Positions 58,750 through 64,000 of a DNA stretch of 64,000 nt are shown here, in pieces; the first letter of the stretch is position 1; the number at the start of each line of letters is the position of its first letter. The translations under genes and the position numbers were made by a program. Source of the stretch: a virus; IMG/VR virus record IMGVR_UViG_3300031525_000865; one strand, written 5' to 3'. The notes beneath the pieces are model-generated. The model ran no database searches and had not been told where the DNA came from. It worked only from the letters and a program-made list of their open reading frames with translations.

Positions 58750-58778
58750 TTGCGTGAGCGGCGGCCAGGTCTTAGCCT
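58750..58778 (+). promoter_or_regulatory. TTGCGT-17-TAGCCT promoter of dnaJ
   Basis: canonical spacing; GGAGG follows. Confidence 0.55.
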
Positions 58779-58788
58779 GGAGGCTCGG

Positions 58789-59952
58789 ATGGGCAAACGA
58801 GACTACTACGACGTCCTGGGGATCACGCAGGACGCGTCCTCGGACGACATCCGTCAGGCCTTCCGTCGCGAGGCGGCCAAGAGTCATCCGGACCGAAACC
58901 AAGGGGACGAGAAGGCCGAGGCTCGGTTCAAGGAGATCAACGAGGCCTTCCAGGTGCTCTCCGACGACGGCAAGCGCCGGATCTACGATCGGTTCGGGCA
59001 TGCGGGGCTCGATCCGGGGGGAGCGGGCGCGAGCGATGGGGACGGCTTCCACGGGGTCCAGGACGTGTTCGCGCACATGCAGGAGCTGTTCGCGGACATG
59101 TTCGGGGCGACGGTACCACCGGAGGAGCAGCGACGCCGGCACCGCCACAACGGCGCACCACCGCGGCAGGCCAAGAGCGGACAGGACATCCGGGTCGAGA
59201 TCCCGATCACGATCCGCGAGGCCGTGTACGGGTGCACGCATACGGTGACGGTGCGGTCGACGGCGGTGTGCTTGGAATGCGGCGGGACGGGCGCCCGACG
59301 CGGCACGAAGCCCGAGGTCTGCTCGGGGTGCGGAGGGGGCGGCCAGGTGTCGGTGCCGCGTGGGTTCATTGCGTTCTCGCAGCCCTGCGGGATGTGTCAC
59401 GGCGTGGGGCAGCTCATCCACCATCCGTGTGGCGCATGCCGTGGCCAGGGGGCGTCGGAGACGACCCGCCAGGTCCCGGTCAACTTCCCTCCGGGGATCG
59501 CCGAAGGTCAGCGTCTGCGCGTACGTGGCTACGGGATGCCCGGGCGCGACGGAGCGCCGTCCGGTGATCTGCAGGTGGAGATCGTCCTCAAGCCCGACGA
59601 GAGATTCGAGCGGCACGGTGCCGATCTCCAGACGCATGTGCACGTGCTGTTCACCCAGGCGATCCTGGGTGCCGAGCTGAGGGTACCGGTGCCCGACGCC
59701 ACGCGCGACGACGTGACGGTGCCGATGTTCTTGCCGCCGGGCACGCAGAACGGGGCGGCCCTCCGCGTGGCGGGCCATGGACTTGGGCGCACCGGGGCGC
59801 GAGGTGTGCTCATCGTCGTCATCCATGTCGATGTGCCCGTGAAGCTGTCGGAGCGGGCGCTGGCTCTGGTCGCGGAGTTGAACGCCGAGCTGGTTTCTCC
59901 GCAGAAGAAGCCGCAGCTCTCGCCGGGAGCCGAGCCGCCGCCGCCCGGGTGA
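58789..59952 (+). CDS. dnaJ: chaperone DnaJ (class A)
   Basis: J-domain with HPD, G/F region, four CxxCxGxG repeats, C-terminal domain. Confidence 0.95.
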   Translation: MGKRDYYDVLGITQDASSDDIRQAFRREAAKSHPDRNQGDEKAEARFKEINEAFQVLSDDGKRRIYDRFGHAGLDPGGAGASDGDGFHGVQDVFAHMQELFADMFGATVPPEEQRRRHRHNGAPPRQAKSGQDIRVEIPITIREAVYGCTHTVTVRSTAVCLECGGTGARRGTKPEVCSGCGGGGQVSVPRGFIAFSQPCGMCHGVGQLIHHPCGACRGQGASETTRQVPVNFPPGIAEGQRLRVRGYGMPGRDGAPSGDLQVEIVLKPDERFERHGADLQTHVHVLFTQAILGAELRVPVPDATRDDVTVPMFLPPGTQNGAALRVAGHGLGRTGARGVLIVVIHVDVPVKLSERALALVAELNAELVSPQKKPQLSPGAEPPPPG

Positions 59953-59974
59953 GTCGTGGTACGCTCGCGGAGTC

Positions 59975-60436
59975 GTGCGTCGTGACAGCTCGATCCTGAC
60001 CGCGGGCCTGGCGAACGTGACCGAGAGCGGCGCGCACTTCGAGACGTGCGTCCCTGTTCGGTTTCGTTTCGTCCGCAATACTGTGCCCGCCCCGCGCCGG
60101 TCGGTGGACCCGAGGATGTACAGCCAGGACGTCGAGCCGGCTGGGATGTACATGCTCCACGTGCCTGGGGACGGAAAGCTGCCCACGGGCTGGGAGGAGG
60201 GGACGGCGGAGTTTCGTTGCCCGCTGGTGCTGGAGTTCAATACGGATCCGGGTGCGACCTATGGCCCGAACGATTGGAAGCGGCGTCTCTACCGCGCAGT
60301 GAAGCGCAAGAACCTGAGGTTGAGCCACAGCCTGCTCGACGCGGGCTACGACGGGATCGTGACCGTGCGCGATGGGGGGACAAGCGAGATCGTCGATCTG
60401 CGCCCCGCCCGCGGATGGACCCGTCACAGGCGCTGA
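59975..60436 (+). CDS. hypothetical protein, possibly an ART-like fold
   Basis: QDVEPAGMY...F.CPLVL...LLDAGYDGIVTV...SEIVDL. Confidence 0.55.
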   Translation: MRRDSSILTAGLANVTESGAHFETCVPVRFRFVRNTVPAPRRSVDPRMYSQDVEPAGMYMLHVPGDGKLPTGWEEGTAEFRCPLVLEFNTDPGATYGPNDWKRRLYRAVKRKNLRLSHSLLDAGYDGIVTVRDGGTSEIVDLRPARGWTRHRR

Positions 60437-60474
60437 TTGGCAAGCGCCGTGCGTCTCGTGGTATTCTCGAACGC

Positions 60475-60786
60475 ATGTCGCGGATCTCCAAGTCGAACGT
60501 CGTTGGGCTCTTCGAGCACCTGGTGAAGGCGCTGGGCGGCCGCATGGCCACCTCGTACAAGGACGTGGGGGGCTACCGGCTCGACTACAACGGCGGCTAC
60601 GGCGGCTACAACATCGAGCGCATCTCCAACGAAGGCGGGGCGGTGAGCCAGCCATTCGGGAGCGAGCGGCATGCGGCGACGCCGTTCTGGTACATGATGC
60701 GGTTCGCGCTCATGGCGATCGAGGAGGCCCAGAAAAAGCACAAGGGTTCGTTCCGACGGTCGAGTCGCGGCGGGTCTCGACGCTAG
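60475..60786 (+). CDS. small protein with an Arg/Ser-rich C-terminal tail, leaderless
   Basis: ends KKHKGSFRRSSRGGSRR; TGgTATTCT 7 nt before the ATG. Confidence 0.7.
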   Translation: MSRISKSNVVGLFEHLVKALGGRMATSYKDVGGYRLDYNGGYGGYNIERISNEGGAVSQPFGSERHAATPFWYMMRFALMAIEEAQKKHKGSFRRSSRGGSRR

Positions 60787-60844
60787 TCGGGCACGTCTCC
60801 TGGTCGTAGGATGTAGTAGTCGCTCATCATCCCTCGCGTGGTGG

Positions 60845-61243
60845 TCATGGTGTTGCGCTCGCGGTCTGCGTGCCTGGAGCCGCACCGGTTCCAGCACACC
60901 GCGGACACGTCTTGTAGGTGATGCCCTCGGCCGCACTCCACTTCTGGAAGACACGGCAGGTGCCTGTGCACTTGTGGCACTTGCCGGTCTCCTTTTCCCA
61001 CGCGAGCTGGAACTGTTTGATCTGTGCGCCGGACAGAGCGATCTCGCGCCGCGTGCTCTTGTCGAGCTTCGACCAGTTGGGCAGGCCTTTGCGCGGGCCG
61101 CTCTTGAAGAGCGTCGTGCAGACGGCCCCTTCGACGAGGACGGTGTCGGGAGGGACGGCGCGCCACTTGAAGGCTTGCCACCCGGGGATGTCGAGGATGC
61201 GCGAGCCCTGCTCGCTGTAGAGATCGACCGGCTTGCTCGACAT
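60845..61243 (-). CDS. hypothetical protein with a CxxCxG Zn-finger
   Basis: CHKCTG...CPRCAGTG; AAGGAG SD. Confidence 0.65.
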   Translation of the reverse strand: MSSKPVDLYSEQGSRILDIPGWQAFKWRAVPPDTVLVEGAVCTTLFKSGPRKGLPNWSKLDKSTRREIALSGAQIKQFQLAWEKETGKCHKCTGTCRVFQKWSAAEGITYKTCPRCAGTGAAPGTQTASATP

Positions 61244-61254
61244 GCTTCACTCCT

Positions 61255-61878
61255 TTAGTCGATGTGCATGGGGCGCCACTCGACGAGCTGCGAGGCCCTA
61301 TCCTCGCGCAGCGAGTAGACGGCGGTCACCTGCTGGTCGTTCCGGAACTGGTACGAGCGGTACATGGTCCGCGCGCTCTCGCCCGGTCGAGCGTACACAG
61401 GTCGAATCTTGTGGTCCTTGTCGCGGACGACGAGCAGGTGCGTTGCGCCCTCAGCAAGGCCTTGGTCAAACCAAAGGCCGATGTCCTGGCGGTCCTTGTC
61501 GGCCGGCGGATCGATGGGCTTCTGGAACATCCCGGAGACCATGGCTGGGAGCGAAGCTCGCAAGAAGAGCGACTCGCCCAGCGCTCGGATCTGGTTGCCG
61601 TCGAGCGGGACCTGGCGTCCGTCTTCCGTACTGAGCTTGGTTTTGGCCGAGCGTGGTGTGAAGAGGGCCATGAGGCCCCCGACGAGGATGCTCACGCCGG
61701 AGGGCGTGATGGCGCCTCCAAGCTTCGCGGACAGGGTTTCCGCAGCGGATTCGATGTGGGCGCGCACGTCCGTGAAGTCCGAGGAGGCGCTTGGTGCAGC
61801 GACCGGCGCGACGGGGCGAGAGCGCTGCGCCTTGCGTGTGGCTTTGCGTCGGGCCGCGCGCCGGTCGGTGGTCTTCAC
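61255..61878 (-). CDS. hypothetical protein
   Basis: 207 aa, coupled to the upstream gene. Confidence 0.6.
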   Translation of the reverse strand: MKTTDRRAARRKATRKAQRSRPVAPVAAPSASSDFTDVRAHIESAAETLSAKLGGAITPSGVSILVGGLMALFTPRSAKTKLSTEDGRQVPLDGNQIRALGESLFLRASLPAMVSGMFQKPIDPPADKDRQDIGLWFDQGLAEGATHLLVVRDKDHKIRPVYARPGESARTMYRSYQFRNDQQVTAVYSLREDRASQLVEWRPMHID

Positions 61879-62462
61879 GCGTGGAGATCCCGATCGGATT
61901 TGCTGTCGCGGAGGCCAAGCTGTCGGGCCAGCTCGCGCTCGGGCTGAACGTCCTCCTCGTAGGCGTGTGCGCCGATCTCGCCCAGCTTGGTGCAGCGGTC
62001 CCAGAGCACGACGGAGACCGCGGTGGCGAGGTTGAGGCAGTGCCTGGTGGGGATGACGACGAAGCGGTAGCAGGCACTGAGGACGGATTGCGGCAGGCTG
62101 CCGTCCTCGGGACCGAAGACGTAGACGGCGTTCTTGGGGTGCTCGAAGAGGTGGAGGCGCTCGGCGTTTGGGCGCATCTCGACGGCGACGGGCACGGCGG
62201 CGGGGAATTGTTCGAGCGGCCGGTCGTAGGAGAAGAGGTCGACGTCCTTGTAGCCGCGCATTCGTTCCTCGCGCGGGATGCGGCCTCGGGCTTCGATGTC
62301 GAGTCGTACGCGGTCACCAGTGAACCACACCTGCCGAACGCCAAAGCAGCTGGCGAGCCGTAGCGTCCCCGCGACGTTGTGCGAGTACTTTGGGTTGGTG
62401 AGAACGATCGCGGGTGACGATCCCGCGGGAGGCGCGTGCTTGCCGATGATCAGGCGGTCCAT
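61875..62462 (-). CDS. SpoU/TrmH-family (SPOUT) RNA 2'-O-methyltransferase
   Basis: NPKYSHNVAGTLR, YVFGPEDG, FVVIP...CLNLATAVSVVLWDR. Confidence 0.88.
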   Translation of the reverse strand: MDRLIIGKHAPPAGSSPAIVLTNPKYSHNVAGTLRLASCFGVRQVWFTGDRVRLDIEARGRIPREERMRGYKDVDLFSYDRPLEQFPAAVPVAVEMRPNAERLHLFEHPKNAVYVFGPEDGSLPQSVLSACYRFVVIPTRHCLNLATAVSVVLWDRCTKLGEIGAHAYEEDVQPERELARQLGLRDSKSDRDLHA

Positions 62463-62482
62463 GGTCGCAGTCCTCCCGCTTC

Positions 62483-62511
62483 TTGCGGTGTCAGACGTCA
62501 TGTCATACATT
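62483..62511 (+). promoter_or_regulatory. TTGCGG-17-TACATT promoter with GTCAGAC-N5-GTCATAC box
   Basis: lies in a divergent intergenic region. Confidence 0.65.
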
Positions 62512-62544
62512 CAACCGGCATCGCACGCAACGATCGGAGAGCCC

Positions 62545-62862
62545 ATGTGTTACTGCGACGCCGAGACGGCCTCGTTTCAGTCGACGACCTACCCGCGAAG
62601 CGCGAAGGAACGCCACTGCTACGAGTGCGAGTCGCTCATCCCCGTGGGCGAGAGGTACGCGCGCGTGGCGGGCAAGTGGGACTATCGGGTCGAGAGCTAC
62701 GCCATGTGTCTTGGGTGCGACGCGTGGGGAGACGCGCTGTCGGTGGCGCAGCGGCGGGAGTGTGGCGAGGCGTGCTGGCAGCTGGGAGCGATGTGGAGCG
62801 CGGTGGTCGAGTTCTGCGAGGAGCACCTGGGCTACCGCCCGATCGCGCGAGCTACCGCGTGA
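62545..62862 (+). CDS. Cys-rich phage hypothetical protein
   Basis: MCYCD...HCYEC...I..GE.Y...CLGC. Confidence 0.65.
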   Translation: MCYCDAETASFQSTTYPRSAKERHCYECESLIPVGERYARVAGKWDYRVESYAMCLGCDAWGDALSVAQRRECGEACWQLGAMWSAVVEFCEEHLGYRPIARATA

Positions 62863-63650
62863 GCGTCTGGGGTTACCGCCTGCTGGCGGTGCTGGTGGGC
62901 GTGCTTCTGGCCCTGCTGATCTCCCGGCGGCGTGCATCCAAGCGGTCGCCGCGCGCGCCGCGCGACGAGGAGCGTACGGCCAAAGAGGACCAGCGGATCG
63001 CTGTTCACGAGGCCGGGCATGCGGTTCTCACCTGGTCGTGCGCTACGGTGTCCGACTTCACGGAGGTGTCCATCGATCCGCGTAGCGCGGACGCCGACGC
63101 GGACGGATTCGTGATCTACAAGGTGCTCCAGGTCTACGACGACACGCCTCACGGCCAGTGGTGCCGGACCGTCATGAATCTTGGCGGTCTGGCCGCCGAG
63201 GTGATGGTCTACGGCAAGATGCGATCGGGTACGTCCTACACGGATCTGAACGGCGCTCGTCGCCGCGCGGCGTGGCTCGTCGCGTGTGGAGAGACCACGC
63301 CTCCCTGGAAGAACCTGCGCGATGACGCGCCCACTCCTCCTTTCGCGAAGATGTTCGAGGAGCCACCGACCGAGGAGGAGGTGGCCGTGCTGGCTGCGTG
63401 TTGGCGCATGGCGCGGGCGGTTCTGTCCGCGCACCGGGCCGGGCACGGCACGCTGGCGGAAAGCCTCGTCCGCGAGCGAAAGCTGGACAGTCGTGGGGTA
63501 GCGCTGGTGCTGGGGCGCCGTCTCTACTTCGACCACCCGGTGGTGCACGCGCTGCGGCGGCTGGTTCTGAGGGAGTGGTTCTACGTGCCTACGTTGGGGG
63601 CGGCTGGCGCTACGGAAACGAGCGAAACGTCCTCGTCTCGTCCTTCTTGA
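62859..63650 (+). CDS. membrane-anchored peptidase M41 (FtsH protease-like) domain without an AAA module
   Basis: N-terminal TM; IAVHEAGHAV; LGGLAAE; G...DL. Confidence 0.8.
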   Translation: MSVWGYRLLAVLVGVLLALLISRRRASKRSPRAPRDEERTAKEDQRIAVHEAGHAVLTWSCATVSDFTEVSIDPRSADADADGFVIYKVLQVYDDTPHGQWCRTVMNLGGLAAEVMVYGKMRSGTSYTDLNGARRRAAWLVACGETTPPWKNLRDDAPTPPFAKMFEEPPTEEEVAVLAACWRMARAVLSAHRAGHGTLAESLVRERKLDSRGVALVLGRRLYFDHPVVHALRRLVLREWFYVPTLGAAGATETSETSSSRPS

Positions 63651-64000
63651 GCCAGCGCTGGATCCATAGGCGTGGCTCGTCCGGGTGCGCGCATTCGGCG
63701 GCAACGCGCCAGAGGCTCGTGTCGATCTCGGGGGCTTTGACGACGTCCGGCGCGTCCGGGACGACGTCGGGCACGAGGGTGACGTCCAGCATGTCGACGT
63801 GCGCCATGGCCTCGGCGTAGACGCGCGCCCCTCCGATGAACCACACGTCCCGTCCCGGACGGCTGCTAGCGGCGGACGCGATGGCCAACTCGACGCTTCG
63901 CGCTGTGCCCACGCTGGTGGCCTCCCCGCCGGAGGCCGAAGCGGAGACGGCGATGCGTTGTGAGGTCACGACGATGTTGGCTCGACCGGGTAGGCCCTTG
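63610..64000 (-). CDS. folA: dihydrofolate reductase (5' part outside the window)
   Basis: LPGRANIVVT and VWFIGGARVY motifs. Confidence 0.85.
   Translation of the reverse strand, partial: KGLPGRANIVVTSQRIAVSASASGGEATSVGTARSVELAIASAASSRPGRDVWFIGGARVYAEAMAHVDMLDVTLVPDVVPDAPDVVKAPEIDTSLWRVAAECAHPDEPRLWIQRWLKKDETRTFRSFP

Overview
High-GC (roughly 70%), densely coded window of mostly short genes that switch strand often. It most likely comes from a large (>64 kb) phage or virus-like element. The host is probably a myxobacterium: the ClpB, DnaJ, uracil-DNA glycosylase and sigma4-like regulator look like Myxococcota/Polyangiales proteins by recall, not by search. No terminase, portal, HK97 capsid, integrase, tRNA, rRNA or CRISPR array was recognised. 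Recognisable genes: SNF2 helicase (partial), peptide deformylase, family-4 UDG, two ParB-like proteins, a glycosyltransferase, a non-autonomous IS200/IS605 tnpB element, a sigma70 factor, a CheY-like regulator, SprT/matrixin/M41 metalloproteases, a short class-I release factor, ClpB, an XRE regulator, RtcB, DnaJ, a SpoU methyltransferase and DHFR (partial). Five features stand out. (1) The RF1-type release factor gene is split by a prfB-style CTT-TGA-C +1 frameshift signal. (2) A ~210-nt predicted structured RNA with a heptamer-repeat loop lies directly behind a DIP1984-like helical protein gene. (3) An Arg/Ser-rich tag is shared by unrelated small proteins, with G-(N/D)-A motifs at its boundary. 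(4) A repeated GT-N3-AC-N5-GT-N3-AC operator sits inside TTGCGC-17-TATAAC promoters, and many genes appear leaderless. (5) A tandem-duplicated beta-rich protein and many membrane-anchored proteins hint at a membrane-containing virion. All family assignments are from motif recognition only.
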